Positions 54,131 through 63,437 of a stretch of 64,000 bases of DNA are shown one piece after another (position 1 is the stretch's first letter; each line of letters opens with the position of its first letter). The notes beneath the pieces are model-generated. The model was not told the origin of the DNA. It made no database searches and was given only the letters and a program-made list of their open reading frames with translations. The DNA comes from an uncultured virus (IMG/VR IMGVR_UViG_3300025660_000004) (lineage: Duplodnaviria > Heunggongvirae > Uroviricota > Caudoviricetes). Both the position numbers and the translations under genes were made by a program. The DNA lies in the IMG/VR virus record IMGVR_UViG_3300025660_000004. One strand, 5' to 3'.

Positions 54131-55015
54131 ATGCCCACCCCCGACATCAAGCTCGACATCAAGGCCCTGAAAGCCGCCGTCGAGGCAGCCCTCGGTCACC
54201 CGATCTATCAGGGTGACTCGCAGGGCTACAAGAGCTTCAGTCACGGGATGGCCGTGGTCCGCATCTACGGGAACACCTGGAACTTCAACGGAGTCCTCAA
54301 CTTCCGCTGCGAAGGCTCCGGCCACCCGGTCGGGCAGACCCCGGACGAAGTCCTCATCCCCATGGACATCCCGCACTGGTTCGACCTCGTGGTCGGGCAG
54401 ATTGTCGAAGTCCTCTCCACCGGACGCACCGTCGAAGTCGGCAAGGGCATCGGACAGCGGGGCTGGATCTTCGAGGTCCGCGACCAGTACGTCTCCGAAC
54501 CGTGGGACGATCTGGTCTTGCAGATTCGTGGCCAGGCCGACCGCACCCGCACGGAGCCGTGGGATCTCAACCCCGACTACCAGCGTGGGGCCGTCTGGAC
54601 GAAGCGCCAGCAGGAGCGGTACATCGGCCACATCCTGTCCGGCGGAACCTCCCCCCTCATCTACTGCCAGCGGTACGACCGCAACACCAACGCCCCCAAG
54701 GGCACCGACTACATGCACCTCCCCATCGAAGTCATCGACGGGCAGCAGCGGCTCCGGGCCGTCTGTGCCTTCATCGACGGTGACATCGGCGGGCAGGTCT
54801 TCCATGACCGGGAGTGGCACACCTACTTCTACGCCGACATGGACGAGGTCGAGCGGCGGTTGGGGAGGATGAGCGAGCAGGTCGTCTACGTCGATATGTC
54901 CCGGCAGGACCGGCTCCGCTTCTACCACCGGCTCAACGGAGGCACGGCCCACACCGAAGAGGAGCTGGCCCGTGTCGCCCAGATGATCATCGACGAGTTC
55001 GGGGAGGGCGAGTAG
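54131..55015 (+). CDS. DUF262 (ParB/Srx-fold, GmrS-like) domain protein
   Basis: PDYQRGAVW, VIDGQQRL, FYHRLNGG. Confidence 0.85.
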   Translation: MPTPDIKLDIKALKAAVEAALGHPIYQGDSQGYKSFSHGMAVVRIYGNTWNFNGVLNFRCEGSGHPVGQTPDEVLIPMDIPHWFDLVVGQIVEVLSTGRTVEVGKGIGQRGWIFEVRDQYVSEPWDDLVLQIRGQADRTRTEPWDLNPDYQRGAVWTKRQQERYIGHILSGGTSPLIYCQRYDRNTNAPKGTDYMHLPIEVIDGQQRLRAVCAFIDGDIGGQVFHDREWHTYFYADMDEVERRLGRMSEQVVYVDMSRQDRLRFYHRLNGGTAHTEEELARVAQMIIDEFGEGE

Positions 55016-55582
55016 ATGCCCCTCGACCCGTCCTTCTGGGGGGCCGACCCCACCAAGCTGCTCAAGGACCGCAGGCACGGCCACCTCTACCTCGACGTGG
55101 TGCTGTACCGCAGGATCGGCTGGCCCGAAGTCTGGACGCCCGAAGCGATCTGGCACCACCCCGACCTGCGCGACATTGCCGTGTGGTTCATCGGGCCGAA
55201 CAGCGACGGAGGCGTGTCCGGCTACCAGGCCCTTGAAGTCACGGCGAACTGGTGCGGCAAGGGGAAGCATCGAGTCGAAGGCCGCTTCTCTGGCTGGACC
55301 CTCGGCCCGGATGAGCCGGAGATGCCCTGTGGGCGCGATGCCCTCCGAAGGCGGACGACCCTCGACGTGGATGACCTCGCGTGGATGTTCGCCCACTGGA
55401 ACCCGGAGCGCCCCTACCCCCTGGACGAGTGGTGGCGGGAGAAGCAGCAGCGGGTGGCCAAGCTCGGCCTGCACGCTGATGCCGCCACCCTCATCGAAAT
55501 GGCCATCGAGGAATCAAAGGGGCTCAGAACGACGATGCCGTCCGTAGTAGAGGGGACGACGACACAGGGCGTAAGCCCCTGA
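55016..55582 (+). CDS. MPLDPSFW-tag protein
   Basis: N-terminus MPLDPSFWGADP; ATG immediately after upstream TAG. Confidence 0.7.
   Translation: MPLDPSFWGADPTKLLKDRRHGHLYLDVVLYRRIGWPEVWTPEAIWHHPDLRDIAVWFIGPNSDGGVSGYQALEVTANWCGKGKHRVEGRFSGWTLGPDEPEMPCGRDALRRRTTLDVDDLAWMFAHWNPERPYPLDEWWREKQQRVAKLGLHADAATLIEMAIEESKGLRTTMPSVVEGTTTQGVSP
55520..55548 (+). promoter_or_regulatory. phage promoter motif
   Basis: GGGCTCAGA-N14-CGTAGT. Confidence 0.75.
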
Positions 55583-55603
55583 AACAACACGGAGATTCCC
55601 CTC

Positions 55604-55858
55604 ATGGCCGCTCGACTGATTGCTGTCCCCTTCCAGATCACCCCCACCCACACGACCGCCGCTGAGGCCTACGCCAAGCTCTTCCGCACCATCCACCCGT
55701 CCCGCTCGAAGACCTCGCCCCTGACGGCCGAACAGCAGATGGACGTGTACGACCTGGCCGGTGGCTACGGCTGGGACCGCATCATCGACGCCAACGACTT
55801 CACCACGATGGCGATGGCCGAGCGAGTGGACGAGATGATCCGCGAGCAGGCCGCCTGA
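55604..55858 (+). CDS. hypothetical protein
   Basis: GGAG RBS; 84 aa. Confidence 0.65.
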   Translation: MAARLIAVPFQITPTHTTAAEAYAKLFRTIHPSRSKTSPLTAEQQMDVYDLAGGYGWDRIIDANDFTTMAMAERVDEMIREQAA

Positions 55859-55861
55859 TCA

Positions 55862-56203
55862 ATGGCCCTGACCGCAGCCGAGACGGAGACCGGCAAGATC
55901 TACCGCCGGACGCGGAACAGCTACCCCGGCACCTACTACAAGCGACCGAACCTCTCCGTCGCGAAGTTCATCGCCCGGCTCCGACGCAGGGCGAACCCGC
56001 TCTGCCGCGAGGTCTTCATGCTCCAGCAGCACAGATCCCACCCGGATCTGGTGCTGCTGTCGCGCTACAACAGGGGTACCGACCCCCTGACCGGCGACCG
56101 CTACGAGTACCAGGCCTACGTCTTCGTACAGCCCGAGATGATGCTCCGCGAAGTGGCGAAGCCCCCGGGCTACAGGAGGCCCGCCAAGGGAAACGACCGA
56201 TGA
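55862..56203 (+). CDS. hypothetical basic protein
   Basis: 113-aa ORF in operon. Confidence 0.65.
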   Translation: MALTAAETETGKIYRRTRNSYPGTYYKRPNLSVAKFIARLRRRANPLCREVFMLQQHRSHPDLVLLSRYNRGTDPLTGDRYEYQAYVFVQPEMMLREVAKPPGYRRPAKGNDR

Positions 56204-56493
56204 ACCCCTTTCTCGACATCGCCATCAGCCACGCCATCGACAGCGGAGACTTGCAGGCGGCCCTCCGGCTCGCCCGAGCGGAGGAGCCCGGAGAGGGTTT
56301 GATCGCCATCGCGTTGTCGGAGCACGCCCCGCCGAAGGTCATCCCGGTCCCGGAGGACCGGAAGACGACGGGCGGGGGCCTGTTCAAAAACCTGTTCATC
56401 CTGGTGCTGGACCAGCGCCTCATCGACCGGCTTCAGCACTCGCTGACCGGCGAGCGGAACATCCGTGAGATCCTCTTCGGGGACGACGACTAG
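56200..56493 (+). CDS. hypothetical protein
   Basis: ATGA-coupled; ends ILFGDDD. Confidence 0.6.
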   Translation: MNPFLDIAISHAIDSGDLQAALRLARAEEPGEGLIAIALSEHAPPKVIPVPEDRKTTGGGLFKNLFILVLDQRLIDRLQHSLTGERNIREILFGDDD

Positions 56494-57260
56494 GGCGCGA
56501 TCTTGAACAGGTTGCGCAGCGCGTCAGGGTCGATGCCGATCTTCTCGGCCTTCGCCGCCTTCGATGCCGCAGCCCCGACCGCCAGCCCGCTCGACCGTTC
56601 CGGCTGAAGCCGGTACTGGCAGTAGAGCCCGACCGGCAACGACTCCTTGATGATGTTCTTCGCCAGCGTCTTCGGCTTGCTGTTCGGACGCCACGGCCCG
56701 TTCGGGGCAGGCGTCACGACCTTCTCCCCCAGCTTCACACCCTGCACGTAGATGGTCCCCGGCACCGGAGCCCGGTCGTCCTCCGGGCGGTCCGGCCCGT
56801 TGTAGATGCGGCTGCCCCGCACCTTCACCCCGTCGATCTCCAGCGGCTCCCACACGCTCCCAAGCGGAGGGGCACCCGGACCACAGGTGTCGCCCGCCAG
56901 CACCTTGCGGAACCACTCGCGGGTTTCTTGCAGGGCCTCGCACACGTCCTCGATGGTCGCCCCTTCGTGCTCCTCCAGGGTGGCCCGAGCCAGCCGCTCG
57001 ATGTAGCCGCCCTTGGCGAGCTGCTGGTTGAGCATCTTGTGGGAGCGGGCGATCAACGCCCGGTACGAGAAGCCCGTCCAGATGATGACGTGGACCTGGT
57101 CGTCTCCGTAGATGACCTTCGACCCGTTGCTCCCCCTGGCGTCACCCATCTTGCGAACGACGACCGTGAGCAGCGTGCCCTGGTCGAGTTCGGTGAGGGC
57201 CGCCAGCGTGGCTGCGGTGGTGGGCTCGGTCGCGTTGGTCTGGACTGCGGGGGTCGTCAT
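56490..57260 (-). CDS. hypothetical protein, paralog of 51042..51824
   Basis: Shared conserved blocks; AGGAG RBS. Confidence 0.8.
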   Translation of the reverse strand: MTTPAVQTNATEPTTAATLAALTELDQGTLLTVVVRKMGDARGSNGSKVIYGDDQVHVIIWTGFSYRALIARSHKMLNQQLAKGGYIERLARATLEEHEGATIEDVCEALQETREWFRKVLAGDTCGPGAPPLGSVWEPLEIDGVKVRGSRIYNGPDRPEDDRAPVPGTIYVQGVKLGEKVVTPAPNGPWRPNSKPKTLAKNIIKESLPVGLYCQYRLQPERSSGLAVGAAASKAAKAEKIGIDPDALRNLFKIAP

Positions 57261-57292
57261 GGTGGACATCTCCTGTCCCATCTACCCACTGG

Positions 57293-57322
57293 GGGCTCAG
57301 ATGCACCGCCTACGCGAGTAGT
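57293..57322 (+). promoter_or_regulatory. phage promoter motif (15-nt spacer variant)
   Basis: GGGCTCAGA-N15-AGTAGT. Confidence 0.6.
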
Positions 57323-57350
57323 ATGTCCCGTCAAGCTGACTGGAGACCCT

Positions 57351-57923
57351 ATGCGACCCCGTACCGCCCACCGAATCGTCAGCCGCGTCCAGACCGGCAA
57401 GGTCAAGGCCACCTCGTACACCCGCGAGGATGTGACCAGAGCGTTCGAGACGCTCAAGGTCGATCTGCCCGATGGCCTGCTCAAGCCGTGGGACGATGCC
57501 GACGCGGAGCGTGAGCGCCTGAAGGCACAGCGAGAGGCAGACGCCCCGCTCGTCGCCGAGCGGAAGGCTGCCAAGGTGGCGAAGTTCGCTGAGAAGCAGG
57601 CCGCCAAGGACGCGAAGGCTGCCCGGAAGCAGGCGTTGGAAGCCCAGCAGCGGGCGGACTTCCTGGAGCGGTTCGGCCCCCAGGCCCAGGTCGCCGCAGC
57701 CGCCGGACGCGAGGCGTTCCAGCAGGCCGTCGAGGGGGAGATCGATGAGCTGCCCGAGAGCATCGAACTCGAAGAGGTCGTGACACCGGCTCCGGCCCCC
57801 GACATCAGCGGCATGAACCGCGACGAGCTGCGTGCCGAGTGCAAGCGACGCGGCATGAAGGGCTATTCGTCCTTGAACAAGGCCGGACTCGTCGCCAAGC
57901 TGAAGGCTGACGACGGGCTGTAG
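57351..57923 (+). CDS. protein with C-terminal Rho-N/SAP-like domain
   Basis: ISGMNRDELRAECKRRGMKGYSSLNKAGLVAKL. Confidence 0.7.
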   Translation: MRPRTAHRIVSRVQTGKVKATSYTREDVTRAFETLKVDLPDGLLKPWDDADAERERLKAQREADAPLVAERKAAKVAKFAEKQAAKDAKAARKQALEAQQRADFLERFGPQAQVAAAAGREAFQQAVEGEIDELPESIELEEVVTPAPAPDISGMNRDELRAECKRRGMKGYSSLNKAGLVAKLKADDGL

Positions 57924-58009
57924 CCCTCGTCGGAGCGGCACCATGACCTTCGATCCCACCAAGTACTCCACACCCGAGCGGGTAGCGCCCGCTCTTCGTG
58001 GAGAACAGC

Positions 58010-58357
58010 ATGGGACTCGAATCTCGTCATGGCCGCAGGCGTCGTCTCACCGAGACGATTGCCCGCCGCCGCCGCTCTGACTTCATCCACAGGTGCCTCG
58101 ACGGCGACTCGTCAGGCCACCTGTGGACGACCTCCCCCTACTACTGGGCCAAGAACAGCACCGACCCGTGCAGGTGCGCGAAGCGTCGTCATGGCGTGCC
58201 GCGTCTGTGCAAGGGGATGTGCTGCATCGGTGAACGCAGCCGCATCTACCGGCTCCGGGCACAGGCCCTCGAACTCAAACGGCTGATCCGCCGTGGTGCG
58301 GATCTGGATGGGGACGACGTGGCCTTGCTGTCGCGTGCCCTTGTGAGACCGACATGA
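58010..58357 (+). CDS. basic Cys-containing hypothetical protein
   Basis: GGAG RBS; ATGA overlap with release-factor gene. Confidence 0.6.
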   Translation: MGLESRHGRRRRLTETIARRRRSDFIHRCLDGDSSGHLWTTSPYYWAKNSTDPCRCAKRRHGVPRLCKGMCCIGERSRIYRLRAQALELKRLIRRGADLDGDDVALLSRALVRPT

Positions 58358-59035
58358 AGATCATCATCGAAATCCGTAGTGGCGAGGGCGGCAAGGACGC
58401 CAAGCTCCTCGTGCGCGATCAGGTCGCTCTCTATACGAAATTCGCTGCCCGGAGGTCACTTTGACCTCGACATCCTCACCGACCTCCCCGGTCAGGTCAC
58501 CCTGGTGGCATCGGGCAAGGGCGTCGAACGGGCCTTCCACAACGAGGCAGGAGGCCACCGATACCAGCGGGTCCCGCCGACTGAGAAGCGAGGCAGGGTT
58601 CACACCAGCACCGTCACTGTCGCGGTCCTCGCTGTCCCCGAACAGCGGGAGCTGCGCATCGACCAGAAGGACCTGGAGTGGAAGACCTGCCGGGGCTCTG
58701 GAGCTGGAGGTCAGCACCGGAACACCACCGACTCTGCCGTGCAGCTCACCCACCTCCCCACCGGGGTCAGTGTCCGCTGCGAGAGCGAGAGGAGCCAGCA
58801 CCAGAACAAGGCGTTGGCCCTCGACGTGCTGCGGGCTCGAATCGGCCAGGCTCAGGCGGCAGAGGTACGGACCGGAAGAAACGCGGCTCGGCGGCAGCAG
58901 GTCGGGAGCGGGATGCGGGCCGACAAGGTGCGGACCATCGCCATCCAGCGGGACCAGGTACATGACCACCGGACCGGACGGAGGATGTCGGCCAAGGCGT
59001 ACCTGCGAGGCTCAGTCGATGGGCTGTGGGCCTAG
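58354..59035 (+). CDS. prfA: class I peptide chain release factor homolog (RF1-type, lacking domain 1), requires +1 frameshift at 58459-58465
   Basis: Frame 0 [13 protein letters not shown]..; +1 frame [39 protein letters not shown]. Confidence 0.88.
58451..58465 (+). promoter_or_regulatory. prfB-type programmed +1 frameshift signal
   Basis: GGAGG-TCA-CTT-TGA-C (internal SD, 3-nt spacer, CUU UGA C). Confidence 0.88.
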
Positions 59036-62000
59036 CCGTCGCCGTCGCGGATGGAGGCGTGGACGTGGACGGTGGCCCGGCGGTTGCCCTGGGTGATGCT
59101 GACCCCCTCGACATCCCTCCACCTCATCTTGTTCGGGACGAGCCAGCCCAGGCCTTCGGCCGGGTAGTCCATCATCCAGTCGGTGTTGCCGTCGTCGTAG
59201 TCGTCATCATCGTCGCCGTAGTCGTCATCGTCGTCCCATGATGCGTAGCGAGACGGGGCACCGGCTGGTCTCGGGGTCTTTGAGGGGGCCTTCGCCTGGA
59301 CCTGATCCCAGTTGTTCTTGAGCCACTTCTCGATGAGCTTGTCCGGCACCTTCTTCGCCGTCCGCAGCATCAGCGTGATGGTCAGGCTGGTGTCGTGCCA
59401 CTCGTCGATGTCCTCGAAGTCGGCGGTGACCGTGAGCACACGGTTCACCACCGCCTCCGGGGTCAACTTGCCCATGAAGAAAGCTGCCTCGCCGGGGTCG
59501 ATGGTCTTCAGGCCCTTGCGGATGAACGCCTGCACCTTCGCCTTGTTCGACATGAACTTCAGGACGGCAGCCATGCTGCGGAACTTCTGCTCGACCATGA
59601 ACGAGGTGGCCATGTACTGCTTGCGCGGCACGTCCCACCCGGCCTGGAACGGGATCTCCTTGCTCGTGAAGATTCCCATGTAGTGCCCCTGGTCAGGGAG
59701 CTGGTAGCGCAGCCAGGTCTGCGTCGGAGCCGGGGTGTGGGAGTAGGCGAAGTAGCCCGGCCAGGTCTTCGCGCTGGTGTCGTCCAGGTCGAGGCCAGGG
59801 AGCTGTGCCCGGACGGCTCCCGCAGCGACTCCCCCGGCCTCCGCGACCGACTTCGCCGACCAGGCGACGGCTGCTGCCTCCCGCTCCTTCAGGTACTTGC
59901 TCCGGGCCTCCGTGGGGAAGTCCATCGCCAGGAGCACCTGGTCGGCCAGCTTCTCGATTCGGTTGTCCATGTTGCTCCCTGCTCGCTTGGTCACTTTGCC
60001 GTCTGACTTGATCTCGCGGATGCCCTTGGCAGCCTCCAGTGCAGCACCAGCCGAGGGGTGGCCCTCCAGAGCCCAGACGCCCTTGCCGCTGACCGGATAC
60101 CACTTCTTGTCCCCGTGGACGTTCTGCCGAACGGTGTGGGGAGCGAACTTGCTGGTGGGCTTCCCCGGCACCTGCTGAACGGAGCCTGCCGCCAGGAGGA
60201 TGCTGCGAGCCGTGAACGCCCGCTCACGGCGTCGGGCCGCCTGCTTGGGACTCGCGGTTGCCGAGGCCACCCGGACGCCACCATGACGCTGCTGGAGCAG
60301 GTAGAGGGTCGTCTCGTGGTTGTTCGCCAGTGTCCGCAGGAAGTCGTCCAGCCCGAGCGAGAGCTGACCGAGCCCTTCGAGTTCCGCCACGATGTCCTTC
60401 AGCACCACCTGGAACACCCGCTCGCCGTGGAGCCCACGCTCGAAGGGGCAGGAGATGGCGGCCAGAGCCGTCACCATCTTGTGCATCGCGGCTGCCTGGT
60501 TCTCGGGGTCCACCGCCGAGGGGCCGAACGTGCCGACGAGCTTCTCAGCCAGGTCGTCAACCTCGCCCACGGTGGCTCCGTAGATGCGGTCGAAGAGCTG
60601 GTGGTCGCCGTAGCTGGAGTCGCCGCTGATCTGCCAGTGACTCGCCAGGTGGTTCCACTGGAGAGCACGGAGGAGGGCCAGCACCGTGCTCATCTGCCCC
60701 TTGGCCGCGTTGACGGCTCCGGGCCGGGGCTCCGTGAAGCCCCGCTTCCACATGGCAGTCCGGGGCAGGCCCTTCTTGAACATGCCCGGGCTGTACGAGC
60801 GGACCATCCCGTACTTGAGATCCTCGTACCAGGTGGATGAGTCGTACTGCGAGCTGCCCGGCCCCGTACCCTTCTTGGGGCTGGTCCTGCGGGGTCGAAG
60901 CGGCTTGGCGATGAACGGAGCACCCTCCCCGAAGGTGGGTCGCCCCACGTAGACCAGGACCGCGTTCCAGACCCCGTCCCGCTGCTTCTCGTAGACGTAG
61001 TAGCGCCAGTCCTGACCGGAGACGCCCCGGTTCGGGGCCAGCATCACCTTCGCACCGGGCGGGGCCTTGTCGATGAACTTGTAGTCCAGGGTCTTCGACG
61101 TACTCAGATCGAGCACACCTTCAGCAGAGGCCGCCTTGACCCGCTTGCCCTTGTTCCGGGTGTCGTTGACCCACCGCCAGAAGGCCCCGATGGGCATCGC
61201 TGTGTACTCGTCCTTGAGGAAGAATCCGGGCCGGTCGTACTGCTTCTTGTAGAGGCCGATGGCCTCCTCGACCGACTCGCAGCCGATGACGACCTTGTCC
61301 TCGTCGTAGGCTCCGTCCCAGGGGTTGTGCTGGTGGATGACGACGACGATGGAGCTGTCGTGGTTGTCGCCGACGTACACGTCCAGCATGTCGCCGTCCG
61401 TGCCTTCGGTCCCACGGATCTCGCCGTAGTGGGCGTGCATGAACGTGGACCAGTCACCCTCCGGCCCGGTGCCGGAGCGGGTGCCGCCCTTGACGTTCTC
61501 CACGTCGATCTTGATGCCCTGGAAGTCGATGTAGCCCTCGAACGGGTACTGCTTGCGGACCTTCTTGGGCGGCTCCAGATTGACCGCGTGGAAGGTGTTC
61601 GGCACCTCGACGACCTTGGCGTTGGTCCTGGCGGTCTTCGAGCCCTTGGGGGATGGCACCTTTATGGCCTTGCCGTCCGATGTGCCCACCCACAGGGGGA
61701 CCTGGTGGAGAGCTGGGAAGTGAGACGGCAGGTTCCTGCGACCGACCAGACCTCGGAAAGCCCGGAGCCCTAGCTTGACCGCCTGCGAGTCGGACAATCC
61801 GGTGTAGATGAACCAGCCCTTGTGCGGGCGGACGTAGCGGAACATGCCGCCCACCAAAGTCACCACCTTGGCGTCCCGCATGAGCTTGCGCTCCATCGCC
61901 ATGATCTCGGATGACGAATGGATCTGCCGCTCGAAGTCGGCGACGGCCAGATCCTCTGGCGTCGCTGCGGGTGGGTCCTTGTCGAAGGTGTCCCAGTCGC

Positions 62001-62541
62001 CGAAGTCAAACCCTCCGGCGGCCCTCGTCATCTTGAAGTTGCCCGCCTTGACCTCGCTCCAGGCGTCCATCGCTTCCCGCTTCTTGCGGTAGCCAGAGGG
62101 TCGCCCGCCGACCTCCAGGTAGCGGCCGGTGTAGTCCGTGATGACCCACATCTTCGTCATCTGCCCCTGGACACCACCCGTTCGCCAGAGGACGTGCTTG
62201 TCGGTCTTGTCCACCAGCTTCTCAGCACGCTGTCCGCCGTGCGGGGGCTTCGGAGCTGCGGCGAGCTTCGCCTTGCCGTCGTGCTCGACCATGTCCTCGG
62301 CGAGCAAGAATCGGATGGCCAGCTCCTCGGCGGGGTCGGTCTTGGAGCCCCGCTTCTTGCCCTTCTCGTAGACGGCCCAGTCCTCTGCCGTGGGGAACTT
62401 GCGGAGCTGCGGGCTGACCAGCTTGACGGCACGCTCATCGGCGTCGTCGGCGTCGTTGGCCCGGAAGTCCTTCGTCCACAAGGGCTTGGTGTCCCTGGGG
62501 TCATTGCTGAAGAGGAAGACGGTGTAGGTCTTCGTGGGCAT
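59032..62541 (-). CDS. large multidomain (polyvalent-type) protein with phage inorganic-pyrophosphatase-like and ferritin/Dps-like domains
   Basis: IDVEN.KG.TRSG..YGEI.GT.G.DGD.LDVYVG..DEDK; HW.ISG..YGDH.LFDRIY..D.LAEK. Confidence 0.75.
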   Translation of the reverse strand: MPTKTYTVFLFSNDPRDTKPLWTKDFRANDADDADERAVKLVSPQLRKFPTAEDWAVYEKGKKRGSKTDPAEELAIRFLLAEDMVEHDGKAKLAAAPKPPHGGQRAEKLVDKTDKHVLWRTGGVQGQMTKMWVITDYTGRYLEVGGRPSGYRKKREAMDAWSEVKAGNFKMTRAAGGFDFGDWDTFDKDPPAATPEDLAVADFERQIHSSSEIMAMERKLMRDAKVVTLVGGMFRYVRPHKGWFIYTGLSDSQAVKLGLRAFRGLVGRRNLPSHFPALHQVPLWVGTSDGKAIKVPSPKGSKTARTNAKVVEVPNTFHAVNLEPPKKVRKQYPFEGYIDFQGIKIDVENVKGGTRSGTGPEGDWSTFMHAHYGEIRGTEGTDGDMLDVYVGDNHDSSIVVVIHQHNPWDGAYDEDKVVIGCESVEEAIGLYKKQYDRPGFFLKDEYTAMPIGAFWRWVNDTRNKGKRVKAASAEGVLDLSTSKTLDYKFIDKAPPGAKVMLAPNRGVSGQDWRYYVYEKQRDGVWNAVLVYVGRPTFGEGAPFIAKPLRPRRTSPKKGTGPGSSQYDSSTWYEDLKYGMVRSYSPGMFKKGLPRTAMWKRGFTEPRPGAVNAAKGQMSTVLALLRALQWNHLASHWQISGDSSYGDHQLFDRIYGATVGEVDDLAEKLVGTFGPSAVDPENQAAAMHKMVTALAAISCPFERGLHGERVFQVVLKDIVAELEGLGQLSLGLDDFLRTLANNHETTLYLLQQRHGGVRVASATASPKQAARRRERAFTARSILLAAGSVQQVPGKPTSKFAPHTVRQNVHGDKKWYPVSGKGVWALEGHPSAGAALEAAKGIREIKSDGKVTKRAGSNMDNRIEKLADQVLLAMDFPTEARSKYLKEREAAAVAWSAKSVAEAGGVAAGAVRAQLPGLDLDDTSAKTWPGYFAYSHTPAPTQTWLRYQLPDQGHYMGIFTSKEIPFQAGWDVPRKQYMATSFMVEQKFRSMAAVLKFMSNKAKVQAFIRKGLKTIDPGEAAFFMGKLTPEAVVNRVLTVTADFEDIDEWHDTSLTITLMLRTAKKVPDKLIEKWLKNNWDQVQAKAPSKTPRPAGAPSRYASWDDDDDYGDDDDDYDDGNTDWMMDYPAEGLGWLVPNKMRWRDVEGVSITQGNRRATVHVHASIRDGDG

Positions 62542-62551
62542 CAGGGGTTCC

Positions 62552-62998
62552 TCATTCCTGCCAGAAGTAGGCTTCAATCAGCGGGTACCCGATAACTTCG
62601 ACGCCAGGGGTGCCACCACCGATAGCCGTCACGCGCTGGAGACTGAACACTAGAAGATCGCCAGGAAGCACGTCGGGTAGCGCGATCTCGTGAACCACCA
62701 GAGCCTCTACGTCGTCGGTAGTACCACTTCCGGTGTACGCCTGCCCGTCTGTCGCCTCGGTCAGAGCCCCGCCAGCGCCGGGGATGTTGTCGCCTGCCTT
62801 GAAGCTCATGGGGACGAGACCGCCGTAGGTCAGGGTCACCTGCGGGTTCGGAACCGCTGTCGTAGGGGCTGGGATGTAGATGAACTCAGGGGCCAAACCA
62901 CGACGGCCACCCGAGGACTCCCCCCGGATGTCGTCCATCATCAAGTTCGATGCGCTGAGGCCCGTGTGGGTCAGACGAATCTGGATTCCCTCGGCCAC
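62552..62998 (-). CDS. hypothetical protein (beta-rich, possibly structural)
   Basis: AGGAGG RBS, GTG start. Confidence 0.6.
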   Translation of the reverse strand: MAEGIQIRLTHTGLSASNLMMDDIRGESSGGRRGLAPEFIYIPAPTTAVPNPQVTLTYGGLVPMSFKAGDNIPGAGGALTEATDGQAYTGSGTTDDVEALVVHEIALPDVLPGDLLVFSLQRVTAIGGGTPGVEVIGYPLIEAYFWQE

Positions 62999-63047
62999 GG
63001 TGTACCTCCTGCCATGCAGGCTCTACTTCGCGGCCGGGATAGGGAGA

Positions 63048-63386
63048 CTACCGCCCCCAGCCAGGTGGCCGACCACGCCTCCCGTCGTAGATCATCCGCT
63101 GCGTGCTGGTCGGCTTGTTCCGCCGGATGATGCCTTCCATCCGCATGATGCGCTGGTTAGCGGCCTGGTAGTCCCGGAGGGTGAACTCGATGGTCTCCTT
63201 GCGCTGGAGGGCCTTCGACGCCTCCCGGAGCATCACAGGATCGGGAAGCTGCCTGCGAGTATCGCCCCGTGGGTTCGGGAGCTGCTTCGTGAACTCCATG
63301 CCGTCGCCGGGCATCCAGCCGTGAGTGCTGGTGCGCTGGAGCACCTCGATGCGGGTGGCGAGTCTGTCGAGGTCGAGGGCGTGCAT
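63048..63386 (-). CDS. hypothetical protein
   Basis: GGAG RBS after promoter; MHALDL start. Confidence 0.65.
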   Translation of the reverse strand: MHALDLDRLATRIEVLQRTSTHGWMPGDGMEFTKQLPNPRGDTRRQLPDPVMLREASKALQRKETIEFTLRDYQAANQRIMRMEGIIRRNKPTSTQRMIYDGRRGRPPGWGR

Positions 63387-63408
63387 GGGGTCTCCGTCGT
63401 TCACCCCT

Positions 63409-63437
63409 ACTACGGAGAAGTCGGAGGTACTGAGCCC
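63409..63437 (-). promoter_or_regulatory. phage promoter motif
   Basis: GGGCTCAGT-N14-CGTAGT. Confidence 0.72.

Noticed and set aside
58379..59035. Release factor starting at GTG 58379 as in the ORF track
   Set aside because: The conserved N-terminal IEIRxGxGG segment is in the other frame, starting at ATG 58354.
1396..63437. GGCTCAG-N14-GTAGT as CRISPR repeats or integron attC sites
   Set aside because: The copies are dispersed with a variable core, have no dyad symmetry and no regular spacers, and no cas or integrase is seen. Orientation follows transcription, which fits a promoter better.
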